A DNA stretch of 64,000 nucleotides from Amoebophrya sp. A120 (Eukaryota; Protista; Dinoflagellata). Position 1 is the first letter of the stretch. Each line of letters opens with the position of its first letter. The DNA lies in contig CAJINV010000002.1 of assembly GCA_905178155.1 (NCBI GenBank), positions 6,720,771 through 6,784,770 of the forward strand, read 5' to 3'. Positions 38,431-50,500 of the stretch are shown here, piece after piece. The notes under the pieces were generated by a model. It was given only the letters and a program-made list of their open reading frames with translations. It was not told the DNA's origin and ran no database searches. Made by a program: the position numbers and the translations under genes.

Positions 38431-39152
38431 CCTGAATCTTCCTTTAATACGCCAGGCATATCTTGTCTCTACGGCTACGCTTCGATATGCTTCTTGTGGT
38501 GCGACTACCTCACCTTTCGCGCAATGGTCGGTCGAGGTTTTCATAAAGCAACGAGCCGTAGCAACCTGTCGTGTTCTTCATCTTCTTACCAAATGACACG
38601 GAAAACTAGTTCGCTGGATGGTTCTGACACTTCTGGAAGAGCGCCGATCCTGGTTCGTTTCTTTCCAAAAAGTCCGCACCACGTGTGGGGCCAGTTCTGG
38701 TGTGCGACAGTGCTGATGACAAAAATCCCAAGGCGCAGCGCAGCCGTTGACGATGACACGGACAATTTGCTGTTGAAAGTCGAGTTATATATCCCTTATC
38801 CTTGGTCGTCGCGTGGTTGAGTCTAAAAATCGTGACTGTTTTATTGATGTTTCTACCACTTGGTCGTGACCTCTTTCATTTTGGAGGAGGTTTTTCTCCA
38901 TCTGCGAAATACTCAAAACAAAGCAGAATTTTCAATCTAGATTTTCATCTATATGTCTTTATCACTTACAGTACACTTTGTTCCCCTGACCAGCAGCACC
39001 AGAAACTACAGGTTGCTCTGTCGAAAGCCAAAGCGAAAGCGGTCTTTTATTCCACCTCTATTTCATTTTGATTTTGACCATAATTATATTTTTAACCTAA
39101 TCAATTGTTGTACCCTCTTTCCAAGAAAAGTAAAACAAGATATAGTTGAACC

Positions 39153-40231
39153 ATGGGTGTGGTTGCCGAAGCGAAATTTCCAACGGTGCAGCTGCTCCGG
39201 CAAGCCGTGTCAGCGTTGAAAGAGGTGGACCCGCACATCCGATTTGACTTCAGATCCGGCACCGGCCCCGGGGGGGAGAAAAAGGGGATCTACTCCCGTT
39301 TGAAAGACGCCGACACTTTCGTCTGCGAATACTTTCTTGCTGCGGAGGCCTTGTTGGAGTGCAACTTGGAAGGTAGCTATAGCTTCTTGTTCATCGTCTC
39401 CAGGTTATCATTATTTTGCTTCATCAAGGTTGATGTAGCAGTAGCCGCCCGAGGAGGTGTCCTCGCAACTATAATCGTTTGCGCTTAAAAATAAACCGTG
39501 TCTGCGCAGTCGTCATGCATCCTCTTCTCGATATAGTACAAAAAAAATCTTAGGTGACTACGAATTCACTTTCGATGCGAACGAGATGCTGAAGCTTCTG
39601 AAGTACGGAGAAAACCAGGACCGCGTGACTCTCGTCATGGACGACGAAAAGGCCAACATGCAGATCCAAATTGAACACTGGAACCCGCCGCCATCGAAAA
39701 CCCTAAGTTACGAATTGAGTGCGGTCGACATGGAGAAGGATGACGTGCATCCCCCGCCAATGGAGGAGGTCAAAGCGTGGCCCTTTGTACAGATGGAGGC
39801 TTTCAGCTTTCAAAAAAACTGTGCCCGAATGGCCGACGTAATCAAGTGCAGAGGAACGGGAGCAGGTACGTAAGTTAGTATAGCAAATAATGGAGAGGCA
39901 CCGCAGTTGGAAGTGGAATTAAATGATGAATTTTGCATGAAAGTATTAAAAGGTGGAACATTCGCGAGGCACGTCTCAATGTTTCATAGACAACATCACA
40001 ACGTCCTTTATCACAGACAAAATCATCCGTCTTCTGGCCAGCAGCGAGAGCCTCAGCATCGTTCACGAGGACGATGAGGCGAACGTTGGTTTTCAAGTAA
40101 AATGGCGAGACGAGGCGGAAGGACCCGAGATGCTTGCGAAGCAGTGTCCCACCCACACAACTGGAATGGGTATTAAGTTGGGCGACTTTGATATTGCTCC
40201 AGGTCGATTTGGTGTGCTCAAAAACCCGTAA
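39153..40231 (+). CDS. Highly divergent PCNA-like sliding-clamp protein; exons 39153-39372, 39554-~39865, ~39953-40231 (last junction unresolved)
   Basis: AEAKFPTVQLLRQAVSALKEV, EMLKLLKYGENQDRVTL, SYELSAVDMEKDDVHPP and VQMEAFSFQKNCARM align by eye, in order, with PCNA FEARL..GSILKKVLEALKDL, SMSKILKCAGNEDIITL, DYEMKLMDLDVEQLGIP and VKMPSGEFARICRDL; GT-AG intron 39373-39553. Confidence 0.65.
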
Positions 40232-40610
40232 TTCTGTGCTAAATGCCGCGTTGGCGTTTTTTGTTTTTTCAATTTTGCACTATTTCTAGAATGAACGATG
40301 GCGATACGAACCGAAATACAGGTAACTGCATTCACGATGGATGGTACCGCATCGATTTCTTCCAAACAGTATGCCACAGAAAGAAATTCGAAATGGCTTT
40401 CCGCAGTAGGATTTTGTTTGTTTGTTACTTATCTACTCCTATGCAATGCATAGTATGCATTTTGCATCGCACCACCAGCGTCAGGCGTGAGCCGTAGTGT
40501 GCCTGTCTCAGCATTGTAGAGGATGTGATTTGAGTTTATTGACATTGACGACATAGACGCCATTTTCCTAGTTTCGAATTCCATACATCGTCGCCAAGGG
40601 CGGTAAGCAG

Positions 40611-43388
40611 GTGTCCGAGTCAACTGTCATGCTCTTTCCGCCAGACAAGAGCAAGATGCTAATGGTAGGCTTTCTCTTCCGGCTCGACGACGCGGTGTCA
40701 AAAGCGCTCAAACAGGACGAAGTGTACAACAAAACTGCCGAGGCATTTCACAATGACGTCAATGCCGTAATGCAGCAACAGATGGAGGTGATAAAGATAA
40801 TGACTGCTTCTTCCTCCATGATAATCGGTTTCTGTTCTTTGTGCTTCTGTGGCCCATTATCCTTTTACGACGACACGCGCGGTCTGACTGCTCTTAATCG
40901 TGTTTGCGTTGACCACTCTTCCTGAAGTTTATCAAAATGAGAACCTCTCTTCTGAAGTTTATCAAAATGAAAACCTCCAGGTCGAGCAGAGCATTGAGCC
41001 CGAGGACGAGGAGATGCGGCCCCGGCAGTTGCTCTTCGAAGACGACCCGATATTCAGAAAAAGACACTCATTCCCATCCATTTTATGCATGGCAGATGCT
41101 GGAGCGTGGAGCTGGATTCGATTGTTGGTGCATGATTCGCATGACATAATGGATGAGGATGGGTCTTTTTTCTGTGGATACCCGATGGCGGAGAAAATTA
41201 CCCACTTGGATGATGATATGGAAGCGTCAGGTTTGAAATCGTCAAAGTTGAAATAATTTGTAATGCATAAAATGCATGGCCCGAGGTACGTGCGTTGCAG
41301 AGCAGGCAAGTGAGGCCGATTGTCAGCCTGTTTGGGGTTACAGATCGAGCTGGTAAAGTAGCATGAGAAAATCGCTCTTCTTTGCCTAAACAGCATGACA
41401 AACTGGATTTAGGGACCACCGAAATTTGTCATGCGCCACTTGGAAACTGGGTTCCAACTGGCATCCATTTGATGCATGGCAAATTATTTCAACTTTGTCG
41501 ATGTCAACTCTGACACATCCATAGATGAGGTGCTCAAGGACGCCCCCGACAACACGCAAGCGAAGTTGTTCGGCTATCCACTGCAAAAGTATCGTACTCG
41601 TATGAATCGCAGGTATGCATGACAAATCGGGTTTCCTACCCAAATCTGCATTACAAATTCCAATTTTCTTCCTGATAAAATTTGTCATGCGATTTATACT
41701 AGTACGATACTTTTGCAATGCATATCGGCGAAGCCCGGTCCATTTGCAGCAACGTACGGAAGCTAGTGCAGCAGAAGCACAAGGTAGACAAGGGAAAGCA
41801 GGCGGCAAACAGTGTCAATATGCACGCAGCGGTTGGGAGTGGTCTTCGTCTTCTCGGAACCAACAATAACGCATCTTCCTCATCTTCCTCCAGTGCGGCG
41901 GTTGGGATAAATAATTCCGACTTGCTTCTGGATAACAACCAGAAGCAAACGGAGGAAGAATTAGATTTCAACTTAATGAATTACGAGGAGGAAGTGGCAA
42001 AGAGCCGGGAAACGCTCGCGGAAAAACTCTCGCAGAACAAACTCTCTGTCAAGCAGCTGCAGACGCTGCGAGGTCTTGTTCTAAACATAAGTCGCTTGAG
42101 TTCATCTTTGTGACTCTTTTTTCTGCATAGAGTTAGAGAAAGAAGCAACAGCAATTAGCGCCAGAAGACAGAAAAAACCTTTACTTGCAGTTGAAGGCCC
42201 TAAGGTATTATCCACGCAAATCATGATGTTCATGCCGCGCTTGCGCAAAAAATTCTTGATCGAGTCACAATTACAATAACAGAGCAAACGCGCGGCGGCC
42301 CGCTGGACGACGTGGTGATCAACGCGTGTGCGGAGCTTGCCAGAAAATTTCCGCAAGAGATCGAAAAGATTATGCTGTGCAAAAGTATCTCACTCGTACT
42401 AACTGCAAACGTGCATGACAAATCTCCCTCCTAAGGTAAAACAGCATTACAAATTCTACTTGTCTTCTGGCCATAATTTGTAATGCAATTTGTGCTAGTA
42501 CGTTACTTTTGCAATGCATAAAGATCAAGCAGCAGCAACTAAACCGCGAGACCAAGTACGGCTACATGGTGTTTTTCTGCCAGTCCATGGATATCAAATG
42601 TAAAAATGTCTGGGTCTGAAAGATTGCAACTTGTCATGCTGTTTTTGGATTCCAGAAGAATCTGTATTGCATGAGTACCAAAAGGAATGTAATTTGTGCT
42701 ACGCGGAGAGGGCGTTTGTCATGCGGAATAGGCATCAAGAAGCTCTCAAAAAATCTGTGATGCTAGGGCATGCATCGCAGACATCAAGGCTCATGCAAAA
42801 CGTGCATGACAAGTGTCAGAATCTTCCAGACCCAGACATTTTTACAGTTGATAATGGACGCGCCAAAGCTGAATGAGTTTGAAGACAGTGACGACTCGGA
42901 CGAAGACGGAGAGGCGGAGGAACTGGACCGGGAGCGGCTGAAGGACTACTACATTTGGGACCGAAGACAGTATTTGGCGACGGACGTACCGGGGCAAATG
43001 CGCACCGACGGGGCCTACAACGCAAACCGGGCTGCCGGCTCGGATGACATGGATATTGACGGGGGCGGTAGCATATCAAATGCAAAAATGTCTGGGTCTG
43101 GGAGAGTGCGCGATTTGTCATGCAGCTTTTCGATGACCCATAAGGTCTGGAATGCAGGACTAGCGTGACAGATTCTGCGCGATCTCTCTCATGCCTATCC
43201 TGCATGAGAAACTCCCTCCCGACTTGGTCAAAACTGGACGACTTTTGGGAATCATGCACCACAGATTTTTGCATGCTTCAGATTTAGCATGACAAGTTGT
43301 ATTCTTCCAGACCCAGACATTTTGCATTTGATGTAGCATCGCCGGCGACCCGGCGGAGGGCGCACCGCCGGAGTTCGTGATCAAGTGA
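40611..43388 (+). CDS. Multi-exon protein of unknown function with five introners and several canonical introns; 5' end and the ~42070-42290 junctions are uncertain
   Basis: In-frame joins QQME|VEQS (GT-AG 40788-40980), LDD|EVLK, KLFG|EARS, IEK|IKQQ, QSM|DAPK, GGS|IAGDP...VIK*. Confidence 0.6.
41217..41523. mobile_element. Introner, family F
   Basis: tatggaagcgtcag...caaagttgaaataatttg / caaattatttcaactttg...ctgacacatccata; perfect GATGA direct repeat. Confidence 0.9.
41575..41724. mobile_element. Introner, family C (150 bp; reverse complement of 51084-51233)
   Basis: tatccactgcaaaagtatcgtac...gtacgatacttttgcaatgcata; perfect TCGGC direct repeat. Confidence 0.95.
42371..42520. mobile_element. 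Introner, family C-like
   Basis: tatgctgtgcaaaagta...tacttttgcaatgcata; perfect AAGAT direct repeat. Confidence 0.9.
42592..42853. mobile_element. Introner, family A (reverse orientation)
   Basis: Family A TIRs; perfect ATGGA direct repeat. Confidence 0.95.
43074..43333. mobile_element. Introner, family A (forward orientation)
   Basis: Family A TIRs (right end reads ...tttgatg); perfect TAGCA direct repeat; interior similar to 16993-17254. Confidence 0.95.
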
Positions 43389-44569
43389 AATAAACGCCGG
43401 CGAAGGATTTTTTATGTTGTTCCTGAGCCAAAAAGGCTAAGAGTTCAACAGAACATCTTCTGCAAGAACTGCTGCTCGTCAAAGAGGACAAGAAGAGGAA
43501 CAATGCGATCCGCTGTGCTGTTGTTGCCTGCAAACTCTTGTTCACGACCAGCACATCAAGATTAATTTTCGAATTGAATTCCTCGTCTCATTGTCGCAGT
43601 GCGAAAGATCGTGTCCCGCTCGACAAATCTGTACTTAAAACCGGCACGCGCCTCCGCCTGCAACACACGGCAGATTAAGTCAAAAGGATCTAACAAACTC
43701 AGAGTGCTGACGTCCACAAAAAATAAGTAATTTCGGTGACCTGCTCTACAAAGAACTTCTACCAGAACAAGTGTGTGAAAGATCATTGTCTTCAACAACT
43801 CCCAGCGGGAAGATCTAGGTCACTGCAACTGTACACAGAGATCATTACCGAAGTTTGTCTATCAGGAAAGGATGAAAGAGAAACGCTAAGAACAGCTGCG
43901 CGCTTCTTCACGAAGGTCTGACTTTTGATCTAGTATCAGCAGCATTCACGAACTGAAGATCTTTGTGGCTGCGTAACAGCTGAGAAGGATGATCATTCAC
44001 GGACAAGTAAAAACGAATCCAAATCCGATCCTCAGTGACAAAAGAAAAGATCAAGATCCATCATGTTGTCGGTCGCCGCGATCCAGAATAATATCCAAAG
44101 AGAACGCTGCGACGAAAACGTTCGCAGTTCGGTGACAAAAAGGTTTAGGTACCCAGCCCAATGGTATTTGAATTGCTCTTCGTCTTCGTTTCAGTTGGCG
44201 ACGCCAAAACAAACTAGATTGATAGGTTAAGATAGCATCATATCCATCGAAACGCGATTTGGTTTTTCTTTTCTGTGTAGCTACTACTACTAGAGATAAA
44301 GAAGGACAGCATCAGCACTTTACGTTCTATCTCTGCTCGTTCGACGAATTGAGTAAATCTCTCGTTCGACGAAGTGAATGATTTAGTGCCGCTGCAAAGT
44401 TTTGTCTTTATTACAAGCTTAAAACCATCTGTATGATAAGAAATAGCAAACGGTAGCAATTTTCCCTCCCCCCGATGACGAACGTGAACAAACCACACGT
44501 TTAAAGTATAATTTCTTCTGAACATCAGAAATAGAAGATAGCCGCTTCATCAAGAAACTATGACTAAAG

Positions 44570-47500
44570 ATGCCAACGACCCGAACAGGAACTCCGTCGT
44601 TCCCATCTACTCCCACGTCGTTTAGCAACTCCTCGCGACGCGGGAGGTCGAGGTTTCATATGTGCGAAAATTTTGGCTCCGGCGACGCGGACAGCAACGG
44701 ATTGTCGCCGTCCTGCCCGTCGTCCTCTGTGTCCGCCGAGGACGATGATTTTGATAAAGACTGCGGTAATTATGGGTGTCCACAAGAAAGTGAAAGAACA
44801 ATTGGAGGAGATGAAAGTGAAACGCAGCCGCTTTTCGTTTCTCGTCCCTCAACAGCAAGAACGCCCACGCGAGGACGGGCAGGTTATTCTGGGCAAGAAG
44901 TTCTTTCTCGAAAAAGACAACTCCTGGATGAAACAAACTTTCCGGCGTATTTTCCACGAGCCCGCTCATCAGCAGCTGGAGCCACTGGACCACCATCATC
45001 TCCGACGTGCGATACTAGTGGTTCTTTTTTTCGTCACAACACGTCGTCAGTCATGGGTTCCAAGAAGAATTCTGTTGACAGGACCTTCGATAGCGACGAC
45101 AATCGATACTATGCGAGCGATAGTGACCTCGACGAAGAAGATAATTATCCCACCGGACGAGGACGAAAGATGAAAGGTGCGGCCGCTGGAAGTGCAAGTA
45201 ACGATGAGGTCGATCACGATGATGACTTCGAGGAAAATCCTTCCTCCAGTTCTTGCTGTGCCTCTTGGTGCGTGGCCATTTGGCTGCTCGTTATCGTCGG
45301 CTCCTCCGCCGTGGTTGCGGGGGTCGTTGTGGCCGTCTACTACTTGGGTCGAGCTCACGGCCACGACCCGGATCCAATTATCCCAGTGGAGCCGATTATA
45401 CCGGTTACCCCGATTATACCGGTGATCCCGATTATACCGGTGATCCCGATTATACCGGTTATCCCGATTATACCGGTAGTCCCAATCTACCGCAACCAGG
45501 CCCGGTCATTCCAAACGAGAGTGCTGAGTTTCGTCAATGTTACAACTCCGCTCGGGGTTCCGTGGAAAGTGCAGAACGCTCTGGACGAGTTGCAGTTCGA
45601 ACTGATACCAAGTTTGCGACAGCAATGCTACGAATTGTACAACACCTCCTCCAGTGGTCTTGGTCAAGCAGGCAGTGCGACATCAAGTGCCAGCTCGTGT
45701 CTGCGATTCGAGGCTTTTCGTGGTGAAGCGGCGGTTGTGACGAGCACCAAGAACGGTGGTGGTGGTGCTACTTCTGGTCCAAGTTACAAAAACGAGCGAA
45801 TTCTTATGGCGTTCTCAACTGTTACATTCTCAACTGTTACAATTACATGAATTTGTCAGGCAAAAACAGCAATAGGCAAAGGGGAAAGCTTGCAAGTCTT
45901 GCATCACAAATTTGGCACGGATTTAGATGCTGTGTAGCACTTCGATAATTTGTCATGCGAAGCAGCTTGATCGTCTTGCGGCTCATGGTCATTTTGCATC
46001 ACAAATCATGTAACAATTGAGAATGTAACGTTTGAGAGCGCCATAATTCTGTTCCACGAGGTTTATCGCATGAATTTTGACTACACCGACCCGGACACGA
46101 AGAAGGTCATTCATGTGGCCGATGGCTTCAGCGTCTTTCGGAAGTCGCCCGCGTACGTCGCTTTTCAGAAGGCGATCGGCGAATACGAAAAGGACGGGAT
46201 CCTCATGGAAAACTTCTACGAGGATGAAGAAGTTGATTCTGCGGCTCATACTGCAACTAGTACTTCTCAAGAACAAATTTCGAGTAAAAGCACCACTGTC
46301 GTCGACTTCTGGTATGGCGATCCGAAGACGGGAAGCAGCAGCTCCCGTTTTGCCCTGCAAGATGTCAACGACTGGAGGAAGGCAGCGGAGACAAGCCTTG
46401 CGGTTGCGGAAACCGAGGTGTTTGCGTTCGCCTCGCGGCAAGATGCGGCAGCACTGAAGAATGTGACAGATGAGATGGAACAGACACAGATCCCGGCGCT
46501 CATTGCCGCTTGCGAAGGAAGATCTTTAACTGCCACGGGGGACGACAAGAAGGCGTGTCTCTATGTGGATGCGTTCAACTTCAAGATCCTCAAGGAGCCG
46601 GCTCAACACCCTGCTCCACCTGCCAGCACAGGGTCGTCCGCTGCAGGAACGACCCCTACAGAGGCCCGCTACGTCCTGCAGAAAGCGTATCCCACCGCCG
46701 CCGACCGGACCAATTTTGAACAGAACACCCCGGCTTTCAAAAACTTTCAAAACTGGCTTTTGTCGGAAGAGGTGCAGAAAGTGCTTGTGGACGCCAAAAC
46801 CGTGAGTAGGAGCACTGCAGTTGCAGCAAAAAATGGCACAATTAGTAGCACTTCCTTGAAGATGTTGAAAGGGACAACAACTTCTTGCCCTGTTGATCCA
46901 TGTAATTATGGGCCGAAGCAGGCGTCGCTGGATGTTGTAACTCCTGCTAGTACCACGACTACGACGGCGCCTCCAAGTACGACTGGTCCACCGGCGACCC
47001 ATCCATCTTCTTGTATCGGGCAGCAATTTGGATTGGAAAACCTGCCGACCTTGTTCACGAACAACACCACCATCCAATTTCGTTACGATGCCGACTTCCA
47101 TGCGGTGCAGGCGGCGGTGCAAGATTTTGTCGAAAAGATTTTCCCGTTGGTGAAGACTCAATGTTTGGAATTAATGGCGGATCTACGGAAGTTGGACGCA
47201 GCTGCAAACAGGAGTCCCTACACGGGTGCAAAGCAGCTTTGCGAGCGGTTTCACTACTTTGAGCGACGCGTGGAAAAAACCGAGTCAACATCTTTTTTTC
47301 CCCAAATCACGACGCAGCTCGCGACCCAGGAAGTCTATCCTGATAGGCTGGCCTTTCGGAAGTACATGTGGAAAAGTGCGGCGTTTCAGAGCTTGGTGAC
47401 TGCGGTGCGCGAAACATACAAAGATATCATCGACTTTCCAGCGACTAAGATTTACTCCGAAGTAGCGACTACATCTCTGACAACATCGGCAGGAGGAGTT

Positions 47501-50500
47501 GCACGAGCAGGTACGGTGGAACAAACTACAAGCGGAATTATAAACGGCGCTTTGGCCGCCGCCGCTTTTGGTGATTTCGGACGACTGAACATCGCAGGTG
47601 GAACTAAATCAGCACCCGCAGTAGAAGTATCAGACGGCGACATGCGCATGCAGCAGGATTCCTATGGGAACGGCAGCAGTTTAGAGCTCGCGAAAGCGCT
47701 GGGGAACGGAAAAATCCTCACGAAAGACCAGTCCGTCTGGCCGGCCACGACGTTCCTCCGCGTAGAGACGCTGTGCTTCACCGAAGACGCAGTGGCAAAT
47801 AAAGGCAAAGAGGTGGAAAAAAGCAGGCTGAAGTTAGAGAATGAACTTTTCCCCGCCTTGATTTCCTCTTGTGGGACCAGCTCGACCGTGGAGCCAAATT
47901 GCTTTTTCTTTGACGTCTTTAAATCCACGGGCTTCGGAACCTCGACCGAGATCGTAGCTGCTGGCGGAGCGGGAGCCCCAGCCCCCACCTCATCAACTTC
48001 AGTAGACAGCAGATACTACATCCTCCAGCAAGGGTACAAGGACCAAGAGACCGTGAAGTCCGAGCACGAACGAGCTTCTGCCTTCCAAGCTTTGAGCTCG
48101 TTCCTCTCCGACCCGAACGTTGCGGCTCTGTTCGAGAAGGGTACTTCTAACGAAGGGGGAGATGACCAGCAGAGCAGTACTTCTTCTAACGCTCTGCAAC
48201 TGTACAATGCCGGGGAGTGGCCGCATGCGGTGGATCATGGCAAGCCTTTGCACGCTGTGACCCACTACTTGCTGTTCACCAATAAAGCTGATATCTACAG
48301 CGAGCTCCTCCAGAATGCCTTGGACGAGCTGCAATTCGAGCTGATCCCTGCGTTGCGAGGCGAGTGCTACGACGACCCCATATTGAATCCCTGTCTGCGG
48401 TTCGAGGTTTTTCGTGGCGCGCGGGAGGCTCGGAAGCCCGGCGCGGCGGAGACGCAGCAGCACGAACTCCTCATGTTCCACCAGGTGTTTGAAAACGAAC
48501 AGGCCTGGCAAGACTTCCAGACCAATTCCCAAGCCTGGAAAGACTACCAGACGGCATTGGGGAGACAAGACTTCAAACAAATTATTGTCCAGGAAGAGAA
48601 CAACGGAGACTCTTTTTTCGAAGGCTCGGATTTTTTTCTCTACCGAAGCACTGCGGCATTTGCCCGGGACGAAGTGAAACAGTGGCAAACAAAGGTGCGG
48701 GACAGCGAGGTGGTTTCAGACACTGGTGTGTTGGAGTTTCAAATCGCGGTGCTGGATCATCAACAACCTTACGCCGGCACCGAACAAGACGATCGTCTTA
48801 TTGCACTCAAAGCTGCAGCGGCGTCGTGCGTTGAGGCGCGAGTCAAAATGGAAGACCTTCACGTCCCCGCACTGCAGGAAGCGTGCGCAGATTCCGCCGG
48901 GTGTCTCTACTTCGACGCTTTTCGAAATTACGTCGAGACCACCACACCTGCAGCATCGCCCTCAGCAGGACGAGCGGCAGCTCCAGTAGTTTCCTTATCT
49001 TCCACTCCAAAGTCGCAATCGCTCCAGAACTACACCTACTCGCTGCAATTCGCCTTCCAAGACGCGCTTGCGCGGACGACCTTCTATGGCGTGCTCAACT
49101 GTTACATTCTCAAATGTTGCATGGGTTTGTGATGCAAGAATGGCAAAAGTCAAAGCAGGGAGGTTGCACCTGTAGCGTCACAATTTCCGCACAGATTTAG
49201 GTGCTGTTTAGCCTTTCCAAAATTTGTCATGCGAAGTAGCTTCACCCTGTGAATGTTGATGCTCGTTTTGCATTACAAATCATGTAACAGTTGAGAATGT
49301 AACGTTTGAGAACGCCATACCTTCCAGAGCGCAATCGCGTTCACTTCCTACCAGAAATTCGTCGACGAAACCTTTGCCGCACTACCCACCTATCAAATGT
49401 AAAAATGTCTGGGTCTGGAAAAATGCAACCTGTGATGCTGCGTCTGCATTATCCAAAAATCTCTATTGCATGAACAGCAAAAGGGGTCTGGTTTTGGCCA
49501 CGGCGAGAGGGCATTTCTCATGCGGTATAGGCACCAGAAAGCCCTCACAAGATCTGTGATGCTAGGGCATGCATCGCAGACATCAGGAGTCACGCAGAAT
49601 GTGCATGACAAACCTTGCATCCTTCCAGACCCAGACACTTTTGCATTTGATACGACCTGCCTCAAGTTCCCAGCGGACGGGCCAACTCTCGGGAAAATCG
49701 ACCCGGTACCCAGGCGCGAATTCGGGATTTTGAATTTACCGACACTGTTCAGCGTGACCAATAAACTGCAGTTCAAGCCCGACGCGGACTACGACAAGCT
49801 GAGCGCGGCGATAGAAGATCTAACAAAAAACCTGTTCCCCGCGGTGCGGAAAGCTTGCGAGAAGGAAGTTCCGCCTTTTCCCCGCGGTGCGGAAAGCCTG
49901 CTGTGTGAACGCTACAACGTGTTTGAGAGACAAGTGGACGTTGTTTCTACGGGGGAAGGTAAGAGTACAACATCAAGTCCTATCAAGGCCGTGCAGTTTC
50001 TTACGCAGGAACTGTACCCCGACCGGTATGCGTACACACAACTGATGCTGCAAGACGACGCGCTGAAGCAATTGCAAGCAGCCGTGGCACGGTACAAAGC
50101 TGATGGCTTAGTGGAGGAGGAGTCCATCAGTAAAACCGCAGATCAAAGCAATCTTCTCGCCCTGCAAGCCGGGGACTTCGCGCGACTAAACGGCCAAACC
50201 GACGCCGACCTGCGCAGCCAAAGCCCGCCCGTCGGCGGCCTGCAGACCGCACGGGCGCTGTTTGATAAAACGACCGCACAGGACGTTGACCCCAATGCTG
50301 CCACCTGGGGAAAGGTCGAAACTCTGCGGTTTACGGATGACGCGGTGGAGAACCGGGCGGATGATGTGGCAGCAGCGGTGAAGGAGCTGGAAGAAACAGT
50401 GCTCGCGGATTTGGTGACCGCGTGCAAAACCTCGACGGACTGCCTCTTCTTCAACGTGTTTCGGAGTACCGGATTCGGCACCAGTATTGAACAACACCTG

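Noticed and set aside
40916-40977. ~30-bp tandem duplication ctgaagtttatcaaaatga.aacctc
   Set aside because: It lies within a canonical intron next to the acceptor and is most likely local slippage.
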